DNA of 61,732 nucleotides, taken from positions 1 to 61,732 of IMG/VR virus record IMGVR_UViG_3300012943_000035; one strand, given 5' to 3'. Under the pieces are notes generated by a model. That model was not told the DNA's origin. It saw only the letters and a list, made by a program, of their open reading frames with translations, and made no database searches. The position numbers were made by a program, and so were the translations under genes. This document shows, piece by piece, positions 9,614 through 19,465 of the stretch. Every line of letters begins with the position of its first letter. Position 1 is the first letter of the stretch. The stretch is from a virus (taxonomy: Duplodnaviria; Caudoviricetes).

Positions 9614-9797
9614 GCGTCAACCTGTACCTAATGCGTTCACCGTGAATCCTGTGAACATACTCAGTTACTTGTGGCTCTGTCAACAATCTAGCCTTAGCGA
9701 TATCAAGCTTACACAGAAGGATCAAGAGGCACCAAACTGGGTACATACTCTTATTCACTTCTAGCACGACTATCAAATCACTCTTCGTATCGCTCAT
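9603..9797 (-). CDS. KLGI-like motif microprotein
   Basis: CLLILLCKLDIAKA. Confidence 0.55.
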   Translation of the reverse strand: MSDTKSDLIVVLEVNKSMYPVWCLLILLCKLDIAKARLLTEPQVTEYVHRIHGERIRYRLTHGS

Positions 9798-10024
9798 CTA
9801 CGCATCCCATCAGGATTACGCTTGCTTAAGACATAGAGAGACTTATCTGTGTGGATCCAGTATGAGCAGTCGCACTCGCCGCCAGCTCGGTTGATCATGC
9901 CAACCCTATCACCGACGAAGCCAGCCAGCTTGGTGACATTTTCACCTGTGCCGCCGCCGAACGGATCGTGGGTTGTGGTGAACCTACCTTTGGCCTTGTT
10001 AATCTTGAGTGCGGCGATGATCAT
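9794..10024 (-). CDS. Hypothetical protein (paralog of next ORF)
   Basis: HDPFGGG...DGMRR; ATGA coupling. Confidence 0.55.
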   Translation of the reverse strand: MIIAALKINKAKGRFTTTHDPFGGGTGENVTKLAGFVGDRVGMINRAGGECDCSYWIHTDKSLYVLSKRNPDGMRR

Positions 10025-10245
10025 CTTCTCATGCCCTCTGTACTGTGAGGGCCTTTGACGAAGCGATCGTATTGATAGCTGATGCTCTTACTTTTATCCA
10101 GTAAGCCTACGCAGGAATGCAGTTTGTCATCGCGCAAGGTTGCCTTAGAGACCATGAACTGATACCCAACTATGTGTCCATAGCTGTTACCAAACTTGTT
10201 TCCCCACGGGTCGTGAGCCTTGCGGCAGCGTCTACTGATGGTCAT
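10021..10245 (-). CDS. Hypothetical protein
   Basis: HDPWGNK...EGMRR; ATGA coupling. Confidence 0.55.
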   Translation of the reverse strand: MTISRRCRKAHDPWGNKFGNSYGHIVGYQFMVSKATLRDDKLHSCVGLLDKSKSISYQYDRFVKGPHSTEGMRR

Positions 10246-10484
10246 CTATTTATTATACCTTTGGCGGGCCTTCTCATAAGCATGGTCCCAGTCGAGAGCC
10301 ATTGTCCTGACGGCGCCGGTATCTTCATCGACAAACTCAACTGCATCGAAGACTCTAAGCAACATGAGAAGAAGCACGAGCCTTTGAAAAGCCTCTGTGC
10401 GCTCCTTGCGCTTGTCTTTGAAATCTACTACGCAGCGAACCTTTTTCATATGCTAGAAGGCCCCTCCCCGCCTGAGTCGGGAAT

Positions 10485-10787
10485 TTATTTCACTATGTGT
10501 TCACTTACAATTATCTGACCAGAACCTCCACCGCCTCCACCTCCGCCAATCATTTTTACTGATAGCGTCAACGGTACATAAGCGTGCTTGCGGGCAGAGC
10601 GAATACCTAGATCTGCGAGAAGCTTGCAAAGCTTCTGAACCTCGATCGCGGGCAGAATAGTGTAGTGAGCGTTATGTGCGTAGACCAACGGCTTCCCGCC
10701 GAGGCATATCTTCACGGTCCCACCAGATACTACGCGGCCGGCTCCACCGGCTCCGCCAGATTTACTATAACCTTTATGATTCGTCAC
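10485..10787 (-). CDS. KLGI-motif protein with glycine-rich segments
   Basis: KLCKLLADLGIRSARK between GGAGGAG and IGGGGGGGGSGQIIVSE. Confidence 0.65.
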   Translation of the reverse strand: MTNHKGYSKSGGAGGAGRVVSGGTVKICLGGKPLVYAHNAHYTILPAIEVQKLCKLLADLGIRSARKHAYVPLTLSVKMIGGGGGGGGSGQIIVSEHIVK

Positions 10788-10956
10788 TGACGTTCCTCAC
10801 GGTCGTGTAGTAGCGTGGCACGGGCATTATTGCTCCGGCAAACGACATGTGCAACCTGTAATCTCTTGCAGACTTTATCCCTAGCTTATATAGTAGCTGG
10901 AGCAAAGGCCATACATGTGGATCCCACTTGTTCATACGACCCCAACAGGCAAACAC
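10774..10956 (-). CDS. KLGI-motif microprotein
   Basis: PLLQLLYKLGIKSARD. Confidence 0.65.
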   Translation of the reverse strand: MFACWGRMNKWDPHVWPLLQLLYKLGIKSARDYRLHMSFAGAIMPVPRYYTTVRNVSDES

Positions 10957-11150
10957 TTCTTGGCCGAGCGAATACCAAGCTTCGCGAGCAAGTAACAGAG
11001 TTTCTGTGCCTCAGTGGCCTTCGGCCCAAACTCTAGCAACGCTCGTATCCTGGTTGCTAGCTGTTGATCGCTCTCCCCCGGCAAGCGGGAGAGGCCATAC
11101 AAACCGGCAAAGTTCTCGATCACGGTTTTATTGATGTAATTGAAAGACAT
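10932..11150 (-). CDS. KLGI-motif microprotein with baseplate-like segment
   Basis: GLSRLPGESDQQLATRI + KLCYLLAKLGIRSAKK. Confidence 0.65.
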   Translation of the reverse strand: MSFNYINKTVIENFAGLYGLSRLPGESDQQLATRIRALLEFGPKATEAQKLCYLLAKLGIRSAKKCLPVGVV

Positions 11151-11159
11151 GGAGAGATT

Positions 11160-11405
11160 TTACTTGCGCGGACGCGGGGAGCCGAGGATGGTGGTTGGTG
11201 ACATGAATATGAGAGGTCGGCGGATTGGCCCATCGCCTAGTGGTTGGCCTTTGTACATGAGGCGACCAGGGTAGGTGTACCCACAAACCCCTGCCACACT
11301 AATAGCCACGCTGGTGAGGGGCTTGATCGTGCTCTTGATGCCGAGAAGCCGCAAGAGATGGAGTAGCTTCTCCGCTTGAAGGTGAGGGTGCTTGCCTAGT
11401 TTCAT
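11160..11405 (-). CDS. KLGI-motif microprotein
   Basis: KLLHLLRLLGIKST; GGAGG RBS. Confidence 0.65.
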   Translation of the reverse strand: MKLGKHPHLQAEKLLHLLRLLGIKSTIKPLTSVAISVAGVCGYTYPGRLMYKGQPLGDGPIRRPLIFMSPTTILGSPRPRK

Positions 11406-11587
11406 AGTTCGGCCTCCGACACAAATACATAGTCGTAAGAGTAGTGCCTGGCCTTTGTGATGCCGAGCTTAGCTAATAGCAGGAGCAAGGGCTTGCGTTT
11501 TGGGTTTGTGTACCAATGAGCTTTTGGGTCCCCGTAATAGCCAGGAAGCTTGATATTAGCTCCGTTGAACTTGATGTTAATTGCCAT
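11402..11587 (-). CDS. KLGI-motif microprotein with sheath-like N-terminus
   Basis: MAINIKFNGANIKLPGYY + PLLLLLAKLGITKA. Confidence 0.7.
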   Translation of the reverse strand: MAINIKFNGANIKLPGYYGDPKAHWYTNPKRKPLLLLLAKLGITKARHYSYDYVFVSEAEL

Positions 11588-11813
11588 AGTAGTTGAAGTG
11601 GCAGCGTATGCCGAGTTTGTGTAGCAATACTAGTAGTGAGCGATAGTGAAGACTATGTGAACCCGCGATTGGGTTCTTGACGTGAGGGAGGTAGACCGCG
11701 GTGGCCGCGATATGTTTGATGAGGCGATCGGTGGCACCATGATAGATGGCTACGTCGTAGATGTAGTTAGCAAGGTGCTGGTTGTATTGCTCGGCGCGAG
11801 AAGGTGTATCCAT
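11577..11813 (-). CDS. KLGI-motif microprotein
   Basis: Start at TAATG overlap; SLLVLLHKLGIRCH. Confidence 0.6.
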   Translation of the reverse strand: MDTPSRAEQYNQHLANYIYDVAIYHGATDRLIKHIAATAVYLPHVKNPIAGSHSLHYRSLLVLLHKLGIRCHFNYYGN

Positions 11814-11956
11814 TAGTATAGCACACAGATGCCAAGCTTGTAAAGCAAGGTGCAGAACGCGAGCCACTGTGGGGTTGCTTGCATTGCGATGGCGTAATCG
11901 GACCCTTTGTAATTAGGATCTGAGGTTGAGTATGTGTAGGCACGAGCGTAGCGCAT
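11813..11956 (-). CDS. KLGI-motif microprotein (47 aa, not in ORF track)
   Basis: MRYARAY...WLAFCTLLYKLGICVLY. Confidence 0.6.
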   Translation of the reverse strand: MRYARAYTYSTSDPNYKGSDYAIAMQATPQWLAFCTLLYKLGICVLY

Positions 11957-12983
11957 AAATTTTATATTTAAATTATACGAGGGTACCGGTACCCATGTGA
12001 ACCTATTAAACGGCGGAGTAGGGATATGAGTGCCACCTTGGCGGGGTGGTGAATGCCGTATGGTGTGATTATGTAATGTGAGAATGGAACCTTTTGCATT
12101 TTATATTTATACCGGTGTTGGGTACAGGGTACCTGAGTGAACCTATTAGAAAAGCTCATGTGCGCGGTAGGCGCGCAGCGAGTACTGGTCCCGACTCAAG
12201 GGATCCCTTGTAAGCCAAGGCCAGCGGGTGGCTAAAATGACACAGCACCTGCTAGACCTGAGACTAGGAGAACGTATGTGGACAAGACGAGTCGGTTATG
12301 CCTACTATATCGCCAGTGTTCTGAACAGACCTATCACCTACAGGCGAGCATGTGCGATCGCCAAGTCCTTCAGCGAGGACGATCTGCGCCGAATCTACAT
12401 GAGGGTGAAAGCGAGGAACGTATGAAGAGGATTGCTGATCAGGTATTGATCTTGGAAGCGATCGGTCAGGTTAGGACTGAGCTGAGAGAGGACATGTCGT
12501 TCAAGGACATGATGGATGTGATGACTAGGTTGGCAACTCTCTACTCACTCCTGAACGTACACCAACTAAGAGATATCGCGGTTGACGCGGACATGAGAGA
12601 TATTAACGAAAGGAAGGTAGCATGAGCAAGAAATTAATGCAGGCGTTCGAGGATCATACTGAGTGGATGGACATGAGAGAGCATGCGATCGACTTCATCG
12701 ACACCTACACCAACGATGAGATCGCTCAGATGGTCCGCGAGAAGATCCTCACCATCGAAGAGGTTGAGGCAGGTCTCCGCAGAAAGCAGGGTCTATGAGG
12801 ACTTGGTTTGACTACACGATCGAAGCTGGACTTATACTCCTCGCCATCTACGCTGTGGTAGAAGCAGGACGAATCATCGGATCAATCTCCAACATCCCGC
12901 TATTACAGTAGGGAACAGCTGTCCTTAGGGGCAGAGCACGGGACAGGTGGCGCAAGCTGCCTGTCCCTATGCCCGTTCCCTAG

Positions 12984-12999
12984 CTGACACTGCTACGCC
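12984..12999 (+). repeat. Invariant 16-mer CTGACACTGCTACGCC, copy 1
   Basis: Exact match to four other intergenic copies. Confidence 0.9.
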
Positions 13000-13137
13000 A
13001 GGCCTCCCGACTCTATATCTAGTTGTAAGCGATAACAAGATCGGTAACGAAACAAATAACTGATCTTGAAATCCTGACCCTAAACAAGATCATAAGCGAA
13101 ATACACCTCGCTAATGATCACAAACAAAGGAGCAATC

Positions 13138-13617
13138 ATGTCGAACAAAATGTCCCAAAAAGAAGCGGTCTTCTCGGCTGTCACGAACGTCTGCGGAACT
13201 CAAGATGCTGCATACATGCCTTCCAAGGATGAGCGCGCATCGGTGAACCAGATCTTGTTCGAAGGTTTCCGAAGCGGATCGATCGAGTACAAGGGCGATG
13301 TTGCTGCACTGAGCGACTCTGACCTGAAAGGTTATGTGTCTGGTCTTCAGAGCAACTGGCTTCGCAAGGACAAGCGCCTGAACGGCAACGTCCAGTATGT
13401 CGCCAAGAACCCTGGCAGTCGTGCAGGTTCGACCGATCCACAGATCAAGGCAATGCGAGTCCTTCTCAGCACTCAAGAAGATCCTGCCAAGCGCGCTGAG
13501 ATCGAGTCCTTCATCTCCGCTCGTCTCGCAACGATCAAGCCGACCAAGACGACCGAGTTGACCGACGAACAGAAAGCAGTCCTCGAAGCTGCTGGTCTCG
13601 GCCACTTCGTAGAGTAA
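13138..13617 (+). CDS. 'QKEAV...NWLRKDKRLNG' family protein, paralog 1
   Basis: AAGGAG RBS; strong similarity to 19847, 24450 and 39395 ORFs. Confidence 0.8.
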   Translation: MSNKMSQKEAVFSAVTNVCGTQDAAYMPSKDERASVNQILFEGFRSGSIEYKGDVAALSDSDLKGYVSGLQSNWLRKDKRLNGNVQYVAKNPGSRAGSTDPQIKAMRVLLSTQEDPAKRAEIESFISARLATIKPTKTTELTDEQKAVLEAAGLGHFVE

Positions 13618-13667
13618 TCGACCAAGTCATTGAGTGGGGATCAGGGTTAATACCTTGGTCCCCACAA

Positions 13668-13683
13668 CTGACACTGCTACGCC
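13668..13683 (+). repeat. Invariant 16-mer, copy 2
   Basis: Exact match, 3 nt after hairpin GTGGGGATCAGGG...CCTTGGTCCCCAC. Confidence 0.9.
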
Positions 13684-13860
13684 ACCTGCCCCTACTCTGA
13701 CACACCCAATCCCGAAGCAATAGATACACATGACCAACATGGTCAACAACCACGGCGGTTAGCCGAAACCTTGGGAGTGGATAGGTAAACTCATCCGGCG
13801 AGTACAGCGACACAGGTGCGCCTAAAATGACGTGTGTCAACTTTTTAACTAGGAGGTCTT

Positions 13861-14142
13861 ATGTACAACCGACTGAGCATGAACGTAGACCAAGTCGCTG
13901 GTCATCTGATCAAGCATGGGATCAAGTATAAGTCCATCCACCGAACCGAAGAACCAGAGGTGGAGGACGACGCCATCAACATCACCGACCATATCTCTGT
14001 CCAAGTGAGTTCGTACGGAGATGCATACATGTCCGTGGGTCGTTGGGATCCAGTCGCCGAGTGCTTCTTCTACTCACCTGAGCGACTTGGCATTCCTGAG
14101 TTGGTCAACGACATCAAGCTGGCTTTAAAGGAGGAATCATGA
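13861..14142 (+). CDS. Hypothetical early protein
   Basis: AGGAGGT RBS. Confidence 0.7.
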   Translation: MYNRLSMNVDQVAGHLIKHGIKYKSIHRTEEPEVEDDAINITDHISVQVSSYGDAYMSVGRWDPVAECFFYSPERLGIPELVNDIKLALKEES

Positions 14143-14420
14143 GAGGACATAAGTTCATCTGCCTAGTCGATGCGAACTACTTCCATGAGGACTGCTTTAC
14201 TCAAGAAGAGAACGACCAGATCTCCTGGAACGATGACGCGTTCATGACTGTGCTCACACTTGCTCATCCTAAGTTCAGTGACAACTGCGTGACGCTCACC
14301 AACGCAGATGATCCCAACGAGGACTACGAATACGTCCGCACTATTGACGGAAAGCTCTACTACGTAGGCGATTACTGGGACAAGAACGAGACCATACGCA
14401 GGTTCGAACAGACCGACTAA
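14139..14420 (+). CDS. Hypothetical acidic protein
   Basis: AAGGAGG RBS, coupled start. Confidence 0.7.
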   Translation: MRGHKFICLVDANYFHEDCFTQEENDQISWNDDAFMTVLTLAHPKFSDNCVTLTNADDPNEDYEYVRTIDGKLYYVGDYWDKNETIRRFEQTD

Positions 14421-14519
14421 GAACTCAGCTATCCACTACCAGTCTAACAAGACCCATAGAAGCTCGAAGCCAGGTCCCGAATGTGGAGATAGGGACCTGG
14501 CACCCTACCCGACTGCCTA

Positions 14520-14535
14520 CTGACACTGCTACGCC
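14520..14535 (+). repeat. Invariant 16-mer, copy 3
   Basis: Exact match. Confidence 0.9.
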
Positions 14536-14840
14536 GGCTCCCCGAGGAGCTCGACTCAGGTCCAGACCAACCCACGCATAGATCCCGAACCCACATATCC
14601 TCATATGCACAGAGCCGAATGCTTCCGCCGAAGATGTCAGGTCAACCTATCCGTAAGGGCAGTAGAGAGACTGAACTACTTCGGGAGGGAAGCACATATC
14701 CTAATTCCCCTAGAGGAAGAGACGCAGAAGGCAAGGACACTTCTAAGTCTAGCAATCCTCCTAGAACTATTACTGACGGGGAAAAGCGAAGCCTCTCAGA
14801 GGGCGTCGCCAAGCCCCAGGGGTTTGACCAAAGGGTCCTA

Positions 14841-15083
14841 ATGAAATCAGTGAGTTACAAGACCAGAATGTGCCTCAAGTGTAGGCCTAGCAGGATAGAC
14901 CTAAGCAGGCCTAAAGGACCTCTCTACCCTTCCCCTAACGTCCATTGGTGGGTAAGGGATAAGGTAGAGCATAGTCGTTATATATGGGAGCTTGCAGGTG
15001 GTTGCTCGGGTTGTGCAGAGGTATATGAGGATTGCTGTCGAGTGCTAGCTAATCTGCTACATAAATTGGGAGTAAAGATATGA
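14841..15083 (+). CDS. Cys-containing KLGI-motif protein
   Basis: CLKC...CSGC + VLANLLHKLGVKI; TAATG start. Confidence 0.6.
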   Translation: MKSVSYKTRMCLKCRPSRIDLSRPKGPLYPSPNVHWWVRDKVEHSRYIWELAGGCSGCAEVYEDCCRVLANLLHKLGVKI

Positions 15084-15375
15084 GTAGTAGCTATAGGTTT
15101 GATGGGAAATTCTCTAAGAAAGACATTTTAGGTGCCGTTAAGAAGTGTGGGTTGGAGGTGGCTAAGTCTGATTCCTCAAGTTCCACTCAGTTCTGTATCA
15201 CTGATGGTGAGTGCTACATCTGGGCTTATAACGACCGAAAAGGCGTATATGGGTTTGAGCGCTATGGAAACAACTATGATGCTTATGAAGCTATCTTGCT
15301 ACCCCTAGCGGAGGAGCTTGGAGCTGACGTCATCAACGAGGATGAGGAGCAACCTGAGGATATAGGTGAGGAGGA

Positions 15376-15606
15376 ATGAGCGGAAACCATAAGCGTAAGG
15401 ATAGGAATAGGTGGGTTGAGCGACGTGCTCACAGTGCCTTATGCTTGCTTCATCTGTTGGGAGATTTAGGTATTAAGAGCGCTGATGGGGTTGAATCTAA
15501 GTGGAATCCTGACTTCATAGAGGTCTATACAACTCGACATACTAGAGATATGGCCGAACGATTGCATCGCTTATGGAGCTCGGAGCAGAGACTGCCCAGA
15601 TCCTGA
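15376..15606 (+). CDS. KLGI-motif microprotein
   Basis: CLLHLLGDLGIKSA. Confidence 0.65.
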   Translation: MSGNHKRKDRNRWVERRAHSALCLLHLLGDLGIKSADGVESKWNPDFIEVYTTRHTRDMAERLHRLWSSEQRLPRS

Positions 15607-15631
15607 ACCCATAATCACACAAGGAGAACGC

Positions 15632-15898
15632 ATGAGAAAGACATTAGGTTTCACAGTGTTGATGGTTGTGTTGGTCGCTTCTTGCGGACCTTATAAAGTG
15701 CAGGTCGACGATATCAAGGTTGATGGCAACATCACCCATACGATCGCTTTCAACTTCGATGACCTTAAGAAGTACTTCAAGGCTGAGTGTGAAGAAGAGG
15801 TAGCCCCAGCGGATGTCGCTGAGTGCGTGGATGCGAAGGTAGGTAAGTTCTTAACCTTCATGTCCACCCCGCTTCCTAGCCCATCTGCTACGCCTTGA
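15632..15898 (+). CDS. Putative lipoprotein
   Basis: VASC lipobox, AAGGAG RBS. Confidence 0.65.
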   Translation: MRKTLGFTVLMVVLVASCGPYKVQVDDIKVDGNITHTIAFNFDDLKKYFKAECEEEVAPADVAECVDAKVGKFLTFMSTPLPSPSATP

Positions 15899-16070
15899 TG
15901 AGACTACCTAGAGTGTACATAAGGACTGACTTCCCACGTTGGTCTTACGGGATATACGAAGGGGTTTTTAGGCGCAAGGCTGTCTTCGCTAACGACTTAT
16001 GGTCTTGGGATAGGTTTGGTCGAAGGATTAAGGTGAATATTAGGTTTAAAACCATCAGCATTCAAGTCTG

Positions 16071-16601
16071 GTGGTAATGAGGAGTAAGTATATGCTTTAC
16101 TATCATAAGTGCAATGACTGTCTGACAGCTTTTACGACCGTTGAGAGTGTGGTGGACATGTGCGATTGCAATGGTCCAGTCACTCTGATGGGCGTTGTTC
16201 AAGGCGATAAGTATGTGAAGACTGAGAATCGTCCTCCATGCGATGGTCGCTGCACCCATGCTTCTGGTCCTCATTGTGACTGCATGTGTGGTGGAGCTAA
16301 TCACGGCTCTGGCAAGCTCGTTCCTGTGGTTGTTAAAGAGGGAAAGATTTGCGCAGTGGGTCTCAGCGAAGAGGATATCGAGCGAGCTCAGGTTTATAGA
16401 CAGGTTAGAGATGCCGCTCAAGTAGTCTTTGATAAGAAATGGGGCGAAACTTACGCCAAGATTCAGTCTAGAACCTGGATCGATAGACCTGAGTATGTTG
16501 GGTATATCAATGCTTCACGTATGCTGGAAAAAGCCAATGGTCTTCGTCAGCATTGGCCTCGCATCAAGGCTTTGGCAGACTTCATCTCTAAGAATAAGTA
16601 A
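16071..16601 (+). CDS. Cys/His-rich metal-binding protein
   Basis: CNDC, CDC, CDGRCTHASGPHCDCMCGGANHG. Confidence 0.7.
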   Translation: MVMRSKYMLYYHKCNDCLTAFTTVESVVDMCDCNGPVTLMGVVQGDKYVKTENRPPCDGRCTHASGPHCDCMCGGANHGSGKLVPVVVKEGKICAVGLSEEDIERAQVYRQVRDAAQVVFDKKWGETYAKIQSRTWIDRPEYVGYINASRMLEKANGLRQHWPRIKALADFISKNK

Positions 16602-17711
16602 TGGCCACCAAGAGAAAGAAGAAGCAAGCTAAAGAGATCAGACATAGAACTGCCAGACGTAAGGTGATGACTCGTCTACGTAGGATCATGGGGCAGTTAG
16701 ATACCAACTGTAAGGTCACTGATTTTAACTATTGGTACACAGTATTCACTCATCTTAAAACAAGTGAACTAGATTTTGTGAATGAAATCATTAGTCTTGG
16801 TCAATATGAAGACATAACTGACGATACTACAGAGGCTTATAAAGCCATATTGATGGAAAGAACTTTGGGATTAACCAATGAATAGGTATCACTTCCACGA
16901 TACTCATCTAGTTGATATAAATGGTTGGCGCTTCAATTTCAAGCGAATGACTGCGGATCGTCTTGAACCCACTGGACACACAAGGAATAACATTTGGTTG
17001 ATCTGGCTCGATAAAGAGAAGTGTATCACTGCGCCTGCTCAAGATCTAGCAGACATTCATCCTCAAACTACGTCCAATCATGGAACTTGGGATTGGAATA
17101 TGTGGTTTAGCTTCTTCTCTCCGCCTGAACATTACTACAATCAAATGATCAACGAAGCTTACATGAACTACTTAATAGAGAAGTCACTTAATTCCTGAAC
17201 ATATATCTCTGCATAACGGAGGCAATATGAAATACGAAGTTTTGATTCGTTGGAACAACCCAGGTCCCACAAAGTACCTGATGGCGAGCGAGTCTAATCT
17301 CGATCTCAACGCTGCGTTTGCTAAGGCTGATGAGATGCTCAAAGTGCATAGCGATTGTTTCGCACAGATTGTGCAGAGTAATACCAATGAAATCGTCGCC
17401 ACGATCAACTAGACTGCACGCGAGAGGAATGAACAGAGCTCTAGCTCTAATTATCCTCTTCGTGGCAAGCTTTATCGAGTTGCTGCTCCTGGTGTACATG
17501 GTAGCTCATGGATTTAGAGCTGCTGGTCTCACTGTGCTAGTGCTGTTCATGTGGAATCTCTCTGCTATCATTGCTATGACTGTCTACATATTGAGTCGTG
17601 GTTCTAGTCAACAGAGTGGATACATGGAAGTTTCGAACTACTTGAATCTCAACAAGATGGCTAACAAAGATAAGTGATCCGAACATATATACGGATAGGA
17701 GGAATGCGCTT

Positions 17712-18212
17712 ATGAACAGACTAGGTTGGTTAGAACGAGAGCTTGAAAAAGATAACTTAGATCCTTCTCTCCGTGAGAAGTATGATGCAGAAGCGAACGC
17801 TATCTGTGATCGTATGTCTGAACTTCAAGCTAAGAATAAGGTAGCAGCTGAGGAACAGCGTCGTCTCGATAAGGTTGCTGCAGATCAACGAGCAGAAGAG
17901 CAACGCTTTGAGAAAGAAAGACTTGACATTCAATACGTTGAGGAGTCTTTACACGATCTAGCTATCAAGATTGCCGGTGACAATGCAGACCAATGGCTTG
18001 AGACTGCTCTCAAGTTGTATACGATTGATCCCAACGATAACTTAGTTACTTCAATCGCCCATGGTCCTGAGCATCCAGAGTCTTGGGCTTGTGATACGTA
18101 CCTTGATGCAAAGAAGAAGATCTTGCAGTTGATTCGCTACAAGTATCGCGATCACTTTGAACGCGGTCACGACTTCTTCTACTATCCTGAAGGTGAGGAG
18201 CAAGCGTCATGA
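17712..18212 (+). CDS. Hypothetical coiled-coil protein
   Basis: AGGAGG RBS. Confidence 0.65.
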   Translation: MNRLGWLERELEKDNLDPSLREKYDAEANAICDRMSELQAKNKVAAEEQRRLDKVAADQRAEEQRFEKERLDIQYVEESLHDLAIKIAGDNADQWLETALKLYTIDPNDNLVTSIAHGPEHPESWACDTYLDAKKKILQLIRYKYRDHFERGHDFFYYPEGEEQAS

Positions 18213-18352
18213 ATGTCATCGTGTGGTTTATTGGTATGTACCTCATGTTTAACGGCCATTTCTTTCTTGGCATGATCTTAATGTTCGCCGCATTATCCCT
18301 TAAATAAGTCCGAACGAAGCGCTAGACTCATGGACGAGTCGCCCTGCCAGCG

Positions 18353-18368
18353 CTGACACTGCTACGCC
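18353..18368 (+). repeat. Invariant 16-mer, copy 4
   Basis: Exact match. Confidence 0.9.
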
Positions 18369-19016
18369 ACAGCCCACTGTGGATCCCGAACCTAAATCAT
18401 TACATAAGAGGAGGAAATGGTATGAGCGCAACAGCTGATAGAAGCGTTAGACATAAGTTCGTGTGGGCAAACGTCCACACTGTATATAAGACTGGCAATG
18501 GACACGCTGAGTTTCTTGCTCTAATTAACAAGCCTGAAGTAGATAAGAAATGGGTTGCTCAAGCAATGAGTGAACCTAAAGAAAGTTGGATCACAAGGTT
18601 GTTCAAAAGATTTAAATGAGTGTAGTAAACGAGTTCAAAGTAAAGAACGTCAAATACGGCTCTGATCCCAAGCAAGTCTACATGATAGACGAGCACGGGA
18701 ATCGGAGCGTATTTGTTTTTGATTTCTACTGTCACGATCGTCCAATGGCGACTAAGTTTAACTTCTTCTTCAACATGCATAACAAGCAACTCCTGATCGT
18801 ATATGGTTCCAATGGATCACATCGAGCAGAGACATATGAATGTGGATTGATGAAGTTCTGGGTATCTGGTGATATGCCGGTTCCATCTTGTAACTGGTTG
18901 CAGAACATGCCTGAGCTAATGAATAATATAAGCGAGCAGTTCAAAGAACAACTCGCGTCCTTCACAATAGACCAGATCATCAATGAGCCAGATTATGAGT
19001 CAGTATAATAATTTGG

Positions 19017-19163
19017 ATGGATGAGGAATTAGAGTACGACATAATCAACCGATACGCCATAAAGACTGAGCGATTGATCGATCGCCTGAAACCAGGCATT
19101 AGAGGTTATGCCTCTGTCTTCAACCTAATTACTCTCTTACAGAAACTAGGGATCAAGATATGA
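19017..19163 (+). CDS. KLGI-motif microprotein (48 aa, not in ORF track)
   Basis: ...SVFNLITLLQKLGIKI; TATAAT 7 nt upstream of ATG. Confidence 0.6.
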   Translation: MDEELEYDIINRYAIKTERLIDRLKPGIRGYASVFNLITLLQKLGIKI

Positions 19164-19465
19164 ATGGAGAGGTTATTAGCAAGCCTAATAGAGAGCCTGA
19201 CTTCATGTCTAGAGGAACTAGTTACTTCTGGTTTCAAGAACGAATATATAGAGATGTAGACAGTAAACTACTTCCTATCGAAGTAGATCAAGAATATGGC
19301 CTCATCAGGTTGAGAAAAGAAGATACAAAAGCTTGTAGACACTGTGATCGTTGTAAGGCTAACAAACATTGTGTGCGATCTTTCTTCTCTGAGCAGATTC
19401 AAAGAGCATATTCGTACTGGAATCATGGTGAGTTCGAGAAGATCTTGGGGTTGACAGATGAGTAA
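19160..19465 (+). CDS. Hypothetical protein (paralog of 45402..45767)
   Basis: PNREPDF..RG..YFW..E...IQR.Y..W shared pattern. Confidence 0.65.
   Translation: MNGEVISKPNREPDFMSRGTSYFWFQERIYRDVDSKLLPIEVDQEYGLIRLRKEDTKACRHCDRCKANKHCVRSFFSEQIQRAYSYWNHGEFEKILGLTDE

Noticed and set aside
12984-13000. Reverse complement TGGCGTAGCAGTGTCAG as a sigma54 promoter
   Set aside because: The GG is not followed by GC at the required -12 spacing, and it would point against the genes.
13111-13605. 164-aa minus-strand ORF
   Set aside because: Antisense to a plus-strand gene supported by three paralogs.
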